A stretch of 63,929 bases of DNA, filler included, from Circinaria calcarea (lineage: Eukaryota): the NCBI GenBank assembly GCA_051942165.1. It is 3 parts of 3 records of this genome, joined end to end, with 100 filler letters (N's around TTAATTAATTAA, not from the genome) between each part and the next. Parts side by side here need not be neighbours in the genome. Positions count along the whole stretch, not along the records: positions 1 to 21,501 come from JAVECS010000140.1; 2 more parts are not named here. One strand, 5' to 3'. The notes under the pieces were generated by a model. That model made no database searches, was not told the DNA's origin, and saw nothing but the letters and a program-made list of their open reading frames with translations. A program made the translations under genes and the position numbers. Positions 1 to 11,924 of the stretch are shown piece after piece; within the stretch, counting starts at the first letter, position 1, and the number at the start of each line of letters is the position of its first letter.

Positions 1-120
1 AGTGAGAGAGAGAGAGTGAGAGAGAGAGAGTGAGAGAGAGAGAGTGAGAGAGAGAGAGTGAGAGAGAGAGAGTGAGAGAGAGAGAGTGAGAGAGAGAGAG
101 TGAGAGAGAGAGAGTGAGTG
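1..120. repeat. Compound GA microsatellite, 14-bp unit AGTGAGAGAGAGAG x8, truncated by the window start
   Basis: Eight exact tandem copies at 1-112, followed by AGTGAGTG. Confidence 0.95.
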
Positions 121-530
121 GAATGGAATTAATCTGATAAGTGGGGGCTTCCATACGGAATATCAGTGAAGGAAAGCCTAGCAGAGAGCGGATGCGTTTT
201 CTTAATTTTCCGGGAACGGGGTGGGAGTGAGCGTTGTGTAGGGATGGTCATTCAAACTATTTCCAGGGGGGAGGATACAAGTTGAGTGGTGGAGATCTGG
301 TCTTTTTCTCCGGCGTGGGAACACAATGAATCTAGAGGTAGGGTATAACGGTAGGAGGATTGTCTAGCTTGGGCATACTGTGGTCATAGATAGCTGGTTC
401 AAGGCACCCGTGGATTTCGTGAGGAAATAGTACTTCTCGTGGCCGAGCTGCGCGGGGAGAAGGTTTTTCTCCGTGGGAAAAAATCTAGGTGAATTGTTGA
501 GAAACGGTATTTCGACGCTTACCCTTCAGA

Positions 531-1243
531 TTATTCAACTTTCGGATGTGCGTCAAAAGCTGCCAGCTGTTTCGCAAAGCAAAAGATTAGACGGTCAATG
601 TTTCGAAGATCCAAATCCTTAGCATTCTCCGTTAATAAATCTATTTTGATCCCATCTGGTCCAACCAAGGATTCAGTAAACGGGATGAAGGTCGTCGCCA
701 ATAAACGCTGCTCCATTCCTCACCAAGCCACGGCTATACGCTTTCGGTCTTCTTCGATATAATGGCTGTATTCGGACCTACCGGTTTCGATCCACGACGT
801 CGGTTCGATTGATATAAATGACGTCTATCCAGATGCGCTTCGTTATACGCCGTAGGGAATTCAGCACATGGTGGAGAACCGACTCGAAGGTTCGGGCAAC
901 CAAGAAGGCAGAGTTGTTCAGGCTAATGGCAACTTGCTCACTTAGGTCAACCCAGGTGTAGTAGAGCGCATCGTACTCGGAAACATTCTCCAGCGAGAAC
1001 TTTTGTATTTGCAGACAATCTCATCTTTTCTGATGCCGAGGTGGAGAAATACAATGCGTATCCCGTCAGCTTTCAGTATCGAGAGACACATAATTGGTAA
1101 ATGTTGTTCGTCTCGGCTTCAAGGGTCATAGCAGGGCAGTCAGCATGAAACTTTATATACTTACCAAATTTCAAAGTCATGGTAGAGCGTAGCATCTTAA
1201 AACCATCCAGCAGCCGAGGTGTTATGGTGTCAACATCTGCCAT
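531..1243 (-). pseudogene. Degraded HET (heterokaryon incompatibility) domain gene
   Basis: ATG at 1243 (MADVDTITPRLL) and a GTAAGT intron donor near 1164. One frame reads EYDALYYTWVD (W at 952-954) and IWIDVIYINRTDVVDRNR*V (W at 829-831, in-frame TAG at 778-780), with WLGEG nearby downstream. These match the HET motifs YEALSYxWG / LWIDAICINQxDxxExxxQV / VWLG. Confidence 0.75.
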
Positions 1244-1892
1244 TTGAAGAGAATCTCACTAAGATTTTTGTGGAACTCGGAGATGATATAAAAAGACTAC
1301 TTGTCGAAGAAAGTGTTCGGGAAACGATACCGTCTTAATGTGAACCGCGAGTCCATATTGATGCGTGTGTCATTGCCCATGGCGCAGTCACACAAGCCGC
1401 GCCTAATCATGCTACTGATTTCTTAAACAGTTAGTTGGAAACGTGTACAACAAGTTGAAGATGAGATATGAGCGGAGAACCGCCATTGTTTTCGGAGATA
1501 CCTGAGACTGTCATATAGTAAAAAGACGTTGAAGTGTGTTTGATTGATGGTCTAAGCGTGGAACTGCTTTGAAATTATGCAACGCCTTGTGTGTGCATAA
1601 ATAACGACATGTTTATGCAATGGATGTATTCGAACAAATTGCCTTTCAGAACTTCACAGCAAAATCGAGTCAGAAGACACCAACATGGATTCGTGGCCAT
1701 ATGTACAAGACAAATCGTTTGTCCAGCGTGATAATTCTTAGGACCTTCACTTAGTTGCTGAAGTTATATCAAGCCACCGGATAGAATCATAACATAAAGA
1801 GCTCATTATTACCCAGATGCAGATTTGTCCCAACTGATATCGAGTAAAGAGTCTTATATAGCCGCACGCTCCGTTGCTAAGTAAATCGGACG

Positions 1893-3048
1893 TCATCGAA
1901 ACTCCATAGAGGCATAGCATCCCATGGTCTCAACGTGTGATAATTCGAGCTTCTGATACCTGCACGCCGTGAGTGACAGGAACTCGAAGGATTGGATGAA
2001 GATTGCTAGACTTACTTTTCGCTTTTCGCATGAAAGTATATCCCGCTCACAGTTCCAGCGACCTGATTGAAACATATATAATAGAACCCCTCAAAGCTCG
2101 CACCAATAATCTCCCGAACTCTATGGTCGGGGACCAGAAAATATTCCTTCCACCTCATAAAGATGTTCTCTCTCTGCGCGCAGTTTTTATAATGGAACTC
2201 GGGTTTCTTTGCTTGTTTGGCCAGAGGCCGCCACGCCGGAAATCGCGCCCAATGTTGCATGTCCGTCTTGTCGGTAGCCCCCCATGATTCGTGTTTGGTT
2301 TGAAATGTGTATTTGGGACCAACAATCTCACCCTCAAAGTACGTTGTCAGGGTAGGGTGGTCTTCTGCAAGACCTATGGCAAGAATGACACGGATTAGCC
2401 ATCATCCAATGTACCATAAAAGGACATTCGCACCCTCAATGCGCAGGTACCCGCAGAGGAAGGACTCATTCATATCCACATGCTTGATATCAACCTCAAC
2501 GTTGTACGTCTGTTTGTCCGATGTTTGGGTGCCTCGAAACTTGCTACCTGCGCGAAGAAAGGACGACGTGTAGCTTGGTATTTGCTATGGAGATGAATTA
2601 GCCCTCATGTTCTAATAGAATTTGAATCAAGTCTGTCGTCTACCCGAATGCTGGAAAACTCGTAGCGAGACGTAGAAGGGTTCGCAATAGCCCTGACAGA
2701 CGGTGCTGGAGAGGGAGATAGACGCCCTCGTGCCTCCTTTGCCTCCCCTTGAATGGTCATTGGACTCGAGGCGTCCATAGCTGATAAAGCTTGTTCCCGG
2801 TCGTCTATTCTGGATTGCGAGTTCCGTCCTTTAGTGTCGTCCACCGATCCGGACATCTCTACATCTGCCAACGATGGCGCTGCTCGCTGCGAGAACTGAT
2901 GGTCGGACAGCCTCGCCTGCCTATGACCTGGGCCATCGTGAGTCCTCCACGCCTCTGACCTCTCATTCTCTAGGGGACATGTCGTGTATCCTAATCGTTC
3001 ATTGCGGAGAGATAAGAACTGAAGGGTGTCGTCACTCGGGGTCGGCAT
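1893..3048 (-). CDS. GID4: GID complex substrate receptor Gid4/Vid24 (4 exons)
   Basis: Spliced motifs SFLRAGSKFRGTQ, ESFLCGYLRIEGL, LTTYFEGEIVG, IFMRWKEYFLVPD, GASFEGFYYICF, and C-terminal YQKLEL...MEFR*. Confidence 0.9.
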
Positions 3049-3461
3049 CAGGGTTATCAGGTTAATGAATATACATAAGAAGCAAAACCAAAGTCAGGAG
3101 GGTGCTCTATGGAGTGGATCGATCAAGATCTCGTGCTGTCGTGCGGAGACCCGAAATGCTGGGAAAACGATCGGGAAGATGGCGTGGCGCAGTTTGAGAG
3201 GGATCTGTAGGAATTTGGCGGGGAAGTCTAGGGGAGAATATAGCGTTGCCGATCATCCATCGGTTATGATCACATGATATCTATTTTAGGCATCTGTACT
3301 CCATGTACTCCAGGGGTGGAATAGATTTGCGACTGGGTCTACAGTATCCTTCCTCTTCCTTATCCCTATCCTCATCTGACCTGCGCAGGTTCTCACATCA
3401 ACAGGTTCAAGCCAGTCGTAGATTTATTTCAAATGCAGGATGCCGTCTTTGACTGTCGTAT

Positions 3462-4253
3462 CTAGATGGGTTTGATCTGAAGGCGCCGCCAAAGATTAGG
3501 ATCCTAACTATGTGGAGTTGGAATATGGGGGCACACATACCTTGAAATGCAGGGATATCAGGGAGAAGACCAGTGCCTTCAGATCCTGGACGAGGTAGTA
3601 AAACACTCGCAGTCCCTCGGGGTCTGCCGACTCGGTGACATCGACCAACGATCCGATTTTGGCTGTCTGAAAGATATCTCGTAAGCTTCACTACAGCAAC
3701 CTTCAAGGGCATATCCTGCGGACAAACCTCAAATGAGATGTGCTCGTTGCCCAGCCGTATCTCCAGTTCTTGCCGCCCGTCCTTGTTCTTCTCCGGCCAC
3801 TTGGTATCATCCTCCCTTTGGATACTGTTAGCTATAATAACCCTAGATGAATAGTAGTGCGTACTTCATGATCTCACTCTCTTTGATTATGCGCTTAATC
3901 TCCGCGATAAGGAGTGAACTGACGCACACTGCCAAACTCAGTCGAATGCTTCCCTGTTAGAAGACCGTACCTACTCTCTTTCCGGATGAGCGAATCGTTG
4001 CGGTAGTTGGAATTATTTGCATAACGCGCAGAGGCACTACGACCATCTCCAAGGGTGCGGAAGTCGAATTCTAGCAAAGCGATCAGTAAGTACAGCTACT
4101 CATATGCTCAACACCCTGGCTCTCACCAAGGAACTCATGGCCGAATCGCCCAGAGTGTCCTGAGCTGAGAACTTTGTATCAGCAGCTGCAGGCACCTGGG
4201 CCCAAATCATCTTACTAATATCGCACGTAGAACGGTTCGCTAGAAGCTGACAT
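3462..4253 (-). CDS. mago: Mago nashi, exon-junction complex core protein (7 exons; mostly missed by the ORF track)
   Basis: Manual splicing gives [30 protein letters not shown]...[17 protein letters not shown]...[36 protein letters not shown]...[19 protein letters not shown]. Confidence 0.95.
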
Positions 4254-4616
4254 GGTGAAAGGCGCAAAGGCGAAGAGGGTATTGTAGACACAGGAGCTTG
4301 CAGGCCGATGTTTGCGGGGACTCTAATTTGCGCGAATGCTCTGCAACGCCCACCGGAGCCCGCACAATTAGGACCAGCTATGCGGTCTGACCAGTAATTC
4401 TTCATTAGATAGGCAATGTCAATCCAACCCACAGTTATAACCCCGTTTCACTCCCTCAACAAGTTCTCAGTCTTTACAGATATATGTTTCTTCAAAATAC
4501 TCTCTAACCACTCGAATTGGACTTAGGTAGTGGGGCAGTCCAGACGGAAAGTGCCTGCTTTCGAGGCGCGTTAGGTATCGCAGCTCTGGCTGGCATCTGC
4601 CAACTTTGCTCTCAAC

Positions 4617-7600
4617 ATGGCGAGCTACTTGGAGCATGCGTACAGCTTGGTACATCAGGACAATACAGCTGATCAACCGACTTTGCAAGAGCTCCGGACG
4701 CAGCTGGAGAAAGGAACGGATGACACAAAAGTGGAGACTATGAAGAGGATCTTGACGATCATGCTCAACGGGGATTCGATGCCCCTACTTCTCATGCATA
4801 TTATACGATTCGTAATGCCTTCGAAGAGCAAACCGTTGAAAAAACTACTATATTTCTACTACGAAATCTGTCCAAAGCTAGATGCAGCCGGAAAGCTTAA
4901 ACAAGAGATGATTTTAGTCTGGTACCGCTCTTCCTGAGACCGGCCGATATGAAGCGGTAGAACTGACTTATACCGCAGCAACGGCATCCGAAATGACCTA
5001 CAACATCCCAACGAGTACATTAGAGGAAACACTCTCCGCTTTCTGTGTAAGCTACGAGAACCGGAGCTCATCGAGCCCTTATTATCGTCCACCCGGTCAT
5101 GTCTGGAGCATCGTCATGCCTACGTCCGAAAGAATGCGGTGTACGCCGTTTCCTCTATATACCAACTCTCAGAAGCACTCATACCTGACGCGCCTGAGCT
5201 CATACAGTCTTTCTTGGAGACTGAGAGCGACCATACCTGTAAGCGGAACGCGTTTGCAGCCCTTAGCTTGATCAGCCATCAGAAAGCCTTAGAATACCTG
5301 AGCGGGGCATTTGATGGAATACCCAATGCAGATGAGCTACTTCAGCTTGTGGAGCTAGAGTTTATCCGTAAGGATGCTGTACAGAATGCCCAAAATAAAG
5401 TAAGATGGTTCAAGCTTGATGTGGTGTGAAGCTGGCCGCCGTAATGTGTACTAACAGTAAACCTAGGCCCGATATCTGCGCTTGATCTTCGATCTACTAG
5501 AAGCAGGTGCAACTACAGTCGTTTATGAAGCGGCCTCGTCCTTGACATCCCTCACTAGTAACCCTGTGGCCGTCAAGGCAGCAGCTACTAAGTTTATCGA
5601 GTTAAGCATCAAAGAAGCCGACAATAATGTGAAGCTGATTGTACTTGACCGGGTAGATCAATTACGCCAACGCAATGAAGGCGTTCTTGACGACCTCACC
5701 ATGGAAATCCTCCGTGTACTGTCAAGTCCGGATATTGATGTGCGTAGGAAAGCTCTCGGAATTGCATTAGAGATGATCTCCAGCAAAAACGTAGGGGAAG
5801 TTGTTTCCCTGCTCAAGAAGGAGCTTTCGAAGACTGTAGATGAACAGTATGAAAAAGTATGCAGCTTATGGTATATCGGGTATCAAATCGTGCTGATTGT
5901 GTGACCTTGCAGAACAACGAATACCGCCAGCTACTCATACACTCGATACATCAATGCGCTATCAAATTCTCTGAGGTTGCTGAATCTGTGGTCGAACTAC
6001 TAATGGACTTCATCGCTGATTTTAATGCAACGTCGGCTGTCGATGTTATTACGTTCGTCAAGGAAGTGGTGGAGAAGTTTCCGAAACTCCGGTCCTCGAT
6101 TATCGAGCGTCTCGTTTCCACGTTGAGTGAGGTCCGCGCTGGCAAGGTTTACCGAGGCGCACTATGGATCGTCGGTGAGTATTCTCTAGAGGCAAACGAT
6201 ATCCGCGAGGCTTGGAAGAGAATACGAGCGAGTCTGGGTGAGATACCAATTGTGGCTTCGGAACAGCGGTTACTCGAAGAAGATCCAGAAGATCATGCAG
6301 AAGCCAAGGAACAAGTGAATGGTCATGCAAAACCGTCAGTGCCCACAGGTTCGAGGAAAGTGTTGGCAGACGGTACATATGCAACGGAGAGCGCTCTAAC
6401 AAGTGAATCGTCTGCCAAAGCCAAATTGGAGGCAGTGAAAGCAGCACAGAAGCCTCCGCTACGGCAGCTCATTTTGGATGGAGACTACTATCTTGCGTCC
6501 GTTCTATCTTCAACTCTAACGAAACTCGTAATGCGGCACTCGGAAATATCAAAAGAAACTGCCCGAACTAACGCCTTGCGCGCAGAAGCAATGTTGATAA
6601 TGATTTCAATCATTCGTGTCGGCCAATCGCAGTTCGTAAAAGCTCCAATCGACGAAGACTCTATAGACAGGATAATGTCATGTGTCCGATCGCTTGCGGA
6701 ATTCGCCCAAAAGAAGGATCTCGAAACTGTATTCCTTGACGACACGAGGAAAGCCTTCCGAGCAATGGTGCAAGTAGAAGAGAAGAAGCGCGCTGCCAAA
6801 GAAGCTGTCGAGAAGGCAAAATCTGCAGTGCAAGTCGACGACGTGGTGTTTATCCGACAATTAGCAAAGAAGGCGGCAGGAGACGGATCTGATGAAATCG
6901 AGGCAGACCTACAGAAGGCTACAAGCGGCGATTCTGCAGTTGAAGATCTATCATCGAAGCTAAGCCGGGTGGTTCAGCTGACAGGATTCTCGGATCCTGT
7001 GTATGCCGAAGCCTATGTCAAGGTACACCAGTTCGACATTGTCCTCGATGTTCTACTCGTCAACCAAACTACGGAAACGCTACAGAATCTCTCCGTCGAG
7101 TTTGCTACGCTTGGTGATCTCAAGGTGGTGGAGCGGCCCACGACGCAAAATCTCAGCGCTCATGACTTTCAAAACGTACAATCTACCATCAAGGTCTCAT
7201 CAACAGACACGGGAGTCATTTTTGGTAATGTGGTATATGATGGTCCTAGTTCAACAGAGAGCAACGTTGTGATTTTGAACGACGTGCATGTCGATATCAT
7301 GGACTACATACAGCCAGCGTATTGCACCGAAACCCGCTTCAGGACGATGTGGACCGAGTTCGAGTGGGAAAACAAAGTCAACATCAACTCCAAGGCCAAA
7401 TCACTTCGCGAATTTCTGAGCCAACTAATGGCCTGCACCAATATGACATGCTTAACACCCGAAGCCTCTATGAAAGGTGACTGTCAGTTCTTGAGTGCCA
7501 ATCTCTATGCCCGGAGCGTCTTTGGTAAGTTTTCTTCTGAGATACAGCTGGGCGGATTCTGATGGTCTACGTAGGTGAGGACGCCCTGGCGAATCTAAGT

Positions 7601-7723
7601 ATCGAGAAAGAGGGAGAGGATGGCCCAGTAACAGGATTTGTCCGGATTCGTAGCCGATCACAAGGGCTTGCATTGAGCTTGGGATCGCTCAAAGGACTGA
7701 ACAAGGTTGGGGCTATAGTGTGA
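4617..7723 (+). CDS. SEC26: Coatomer subunit beta (beta-COP), multi-exon
   Basis: ORFs 4617, 5139, 5482 and 5859 join through GT-AG introns. Motifs include [52 protein letters not shown] and [17 protein letters not shown]. Stop TGA at 7721-7723. Confidence 0.95.
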
Positions 7724-8247
7724 GAGGGTTGGGCCGACTGGCCTCTGTTTTGGTCATACACCATTTCCTCACCCCCCAGCCCTTACCAAGCCGTTCTCCG
7801 TCATTGGGTCAAATCAGACACCACTAGCATCCGGTAAAGCCTATGCTTCTATCCCGCCATACTGACTTTCTAAGGATCTCGGAGATGCCTGCAGCGGTTG
7901 TTACTCGTTCTTTCAGCGTCTAATGCATCATAACCGCGGCGTTGGTCAAAAGCTAGGGTCGAAGGGGTCGTCGGATGTAAAGAGGGTTTAGACAATAGAC
8001 CTTTAACTGAATGCATAAGTTGTGAATCTATGCAGTGTAGTAGTACTCTTGGCCGGTTGTCTTTCTTGACTTTCCGGATGGATTTGAGCTTTGAGCGGAA
8101 GGACGTAAAGTTCGCTTATGACGGCGCCATGTCAGCCCTGAAGGCTGCTGCTCACATGTCACTCTCAAGAGAATGGTTGGTAGGAAATGCTGACTGTAGA
8201 CTCATGGTTTCGTAACCTACCGCTATGCTTGATCGACGCAAACCAGC

Positions 8248-9886
8248 ATGACGTCTCGCTATTCTGAGGAGAGTAACCCTTTTGCGGATCCGAGTGTTCA
8301 TGAGGATGCCGGTCATGCTGTCGGGGAATCTACCTTGACTGTAGGTCGGAATGCCTCGTTAACGTTGGGCACTGACTCCTTGATCGTTCTTGGTTTGTGA
8401 CCAGTCGCCATTGGATTTACTCAACCGAACTGACTCTATCGCAGATGATGGTTTTACGGGTCGAGAGCCATCCAACTGTTGCGGACTCATACGGAATAGT
8501 AAGCCATTATTCCACCCTAGAGTGCTTCGAAGCTTACACCTTATAGACGCAAAGACTACTAAAGCTATACCATTCTTCAACGTTCTTTGGGCAGAGCTAC
8601 TCGAGTTCAACATCATTATACACTACTGTCAATCCGTCTCGAAGGATGTGGTCCGGGTGGCATGCATCGAGTACCTGATGGACAAGTCAGAACGAAGGCA
8701 GGCAACACCTTGGGTAGCTCGGCTTCTGGATCGTGCATACGGCCAGTCACAAAGGAATAAGCGCATCAAAGTCCTGATCAACCCATTCGGAGGGCAAGGC
8801 AGTGCCCAAAAATGGTATACTCGAGATATTGAGCCAATCTTTGCGGCAGCACGTTGCAGAACTGATGTCGAGCGGACGCAGTTTAGAGCACATGCAGTGG
8901 AGATTGCACAAAAGCTGGATACGGACGCCTACGATGTCATAGCTACATGTTCAGGGGACGGCCTGCCCCATGAGGTATTTAATGGTTTAGGTAAAAAGGA
9001 CGATGCCAGGCGAGCGTTGTCCCAAATCGCCGTCGTGCAGCTACCTTGCGGATCTGGCAACGCCATGAGTTGCAACCTCAATGGAACGAATAGTAACAGT
9101 ATAGCTGCGTTGTGCACCGTAAAGGGGTTACGGACCCCTCTTGATATTGTCTCTATTACGCAAGGTAGTACGCGGACTCTATCGTTCTTATCACAATCTG
9201 TAGGCATTGTCGCAGAGAGCGACCTCGGGACTGAGCATCTTCGATGGCTGGGCAGTGCCAGGTTCACCTATGGTTTCCTTGTCCGTCTACTCAGGAAAAC
9301 GATCTACCCTTGCGATCTCGCTGTGAAGGTAGAGGTTGAGACTAAGTCTCAAATCAGGGACCATTATCGTGTGCAGACGAGCTCCCGAATGTCAACAGAA
9401 GAGCGACGAGGTACTCCAGATACAGCTAATTCGGGACAAACGTCGGAGAATGATAGGCTGCCGGTATTGAAGTTTGGCTCCATTGGTGATGATCTGCCAG
9501 CAGATTGGAACCTTGTGCCATATGACAAACTGGGTAATTTCTTTGCCGGCAATATGGCCTTTATGACTCCTGACGCGAACTTCTTCCCCGCCGCTCTACC
9601 CAACGATGGCTGTCTCGATCTATTCACCATTGACGGGGACATCAGCCGAACAGCAGCTATTCAGACTTTACTCGCCATCGAAAAAGGCACATTCTTTGAC
9701 ATGCCCCATGTCGACTATCGCAAGATTTCAGGTTATCGTATCATACCTAAAGGCCAAAAGGATGGCTACATCAGTATTGATGGCGAAAGGATACCGTTCG
9801 CACCATTCCAAGCCGAGGTGCACAGGGGGTTAGGCACGGTTTTATCGAGAAGTGGTCACGTGTATGAAACGAAAGGCTTTTCGTAA
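8248..9886 (+). CDS. LCB4: Sphingoid long-chain base kinase (DAGK family)
   Basis: Motifs LINPFGGQG, SGDGLPHEVFNGL, LPCGSGNAM, ISIDGE. The likely ATG is 8248 (MTSRYSEESNPF), with short N-terminal intron(s). Confidence 0.9.
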
Positions 9887-10119
9887 AGCGAGTATAGGCC
9901 TTTGCAAGCGACGATAAGGGCGGTCCTCGATTCAGGGTGCTAGGTGGCGTAAGCTTTTTCCGTTGAATCGTGTGTACAAAGGGGGAGGTGTAGCCAACGG
10001 AGAGCTCGGCGCTCTCGACAGCTGTCTTCTATAGACCGTCATACCTGAGGGTCGGGTAGTCAAAACAGATGGTGGTTGTGCTAGGCGATTCCTAAATCTT
10101 GCATTATCATAGCATTAGG

Positions 10120-11309
10120 TCATTCGCCTAGACCATCCCATTCATCTTCCTCGCCATCGTTCCCATCGTCCCCATCTTCGCCACTAGTTCCGTTGTTGCC
10201 GTTCCCCTTCTCCGTTCTCTCTCGCTCGTGCCAGTGTACTAACCTCTCATCCGCCAACGTCTCCTTCGCCCTCTTCCTGACCGCCTTCGTTTTGCCCTCT
10301 GTCTCCAACCTCCTCACCGGTCCCAGAATCTCCTCAACCGGACAAACCCCTTCTCTCCCTTCATCCACCCGATCCAGCTCATCCATCCAAACATCCAACA
10401 CATGATAGCGCAGCCCATCCGGCACCTTCATGTTCGCCGGGCTCAGTGGGATCTCCTCGACCAACCGCAGATACTCCTGGACCAGCGTCGTCTCCCAGCC
10501 CTGCCGCGATAGATAGACCAAGGACGCGTTGATGTAGCAGCGGACGAGGCGGAGGAACTTGTCCATGCGGAGGACGTCGATGGAAGTCCATTCGCGGGAG
10601 ATGGTGGTCCAGAAGGCGGCCAGGAAGGAGAGGAAGAGGCTGCGGGGTAAGGGGAGGAGGAGGTGCGAGAGAGCGAGGGCGAGGCGTTGTTGCGGGAGGG
10701 GCCGGTCGGAGTGCCACATGCCTTTGTTGGGGGGTTTTGCTTAGCTGGAAAGCAGGCAAGAGGAGGTGGGCATAGGGGAAGTACAAAAGAAGAGACCCTT
10801 CCAGAGTTTTAGAAGCTCGAGCTCGGTGAAGGTGCGGTTGGAAGTTAGGTACGTTTGGAGGGAGGCGAGGGCTTTGTCGCGGGTTGGGCGGTCTAGGAAG
10901 TTTAAGTGTTAGCGAAGGCGTTGGACTTTATATGAATAGAGTGCTGCATAGACTGAGGGTGCAATCTGAAGCCCATCCGTAGTCTATGAAAAATACGAAC
11001 AAAACGTGATATAATTCATATCTTGATAAGGAGCATCTTCCTAAAGTGCAAGTTGCAGCAACGAATTACATGATACCCAAAGATATTGCCCTTAAAATTA
11101 CATAAACTCCTCAAACATAAGGACACCAGAAACGAACCGATATTCTAACCCCATTCGACCCCATCGAACCCAGACGAGACCTCCTCCCGCAACAATCATG
11201 CAAAAGTTTCCATACAAACAGCAGAAACATTAAAACTAAAAACGACGCACAACATACCACTAGACCCTAGCTGCTTCACAAACGGAGTTTGCTGAACCCC
11301 CGACGCCAT
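10120..11309 (-). CDS. RRP1: Ribosomal RNA processing protein Rrp1/Nop52 (3 exons)
   Basis: [26 protein letters not shown]...[10 protein letters not shown]|..[13 protein letters not shown]...[17 protein letters not shown]. Intron 1 spans 10893-11257. Confidence 0.9.
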
Positions 11310-11574
11310 TGCCATTCCGCCTCTATGATTTTCTTGGCTGGTCGAGAATTCTTTCGACTGGGCGTCCAGGAATGGAGATTTAGGCGAGTTTCTGCGGGAC
11401 GGGGGAAGGAGGTTGGATTAAACTTGGTGGCTTGTGCTGCTAGCGCCGGGAGGCAGGGATCCTCGGTTTGACTAATCTGGGGATTTCTTGGCATTGAGGG
11501 AGAAAGGCACTGCGCTGCTGCCGTTGAATAGTGGACAGCAGCCTTGTTCTGGAGTACTTACGAATGTATTTTCT

Positions 11575-11850
11575 AAAGGGTTTGAAACATAAATACATTT
11601 ATAAAACGAAACAAATATATTTACAATATAATAATAAATTTAAAATTTCCGATTTCGAAATATTAAATTCATTATAAATAAAATCTATTAATAGCGTTAT
11701 TTATAATAGAATTAATAAAATTAAGATTTTAATAATTTATTATATTTTCCACGAATAAAATCCATCGATAAAACGAGTAATTAATATAATAGAAATAACG
11801 GTACGTATTAATATTAAATATTTATATATTTCCGAAGCAGTAATTTCGCT
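11575..11850. repeat. AT-rich, RIP-like relic island
   Basis: Abrupt, very AT-rich stretch dominated by TpA, with many of the remaining C/G in CpG, flanked by balanced-GC DNA. Confidence 0.7.
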
Positions 11851-11924
11851 CCACCCCGTTTAAACGCTTTTATTACGATTACGGCGTGGGAATATGCTAA
11901 TCTGCTATATTATTATGGATTTAG

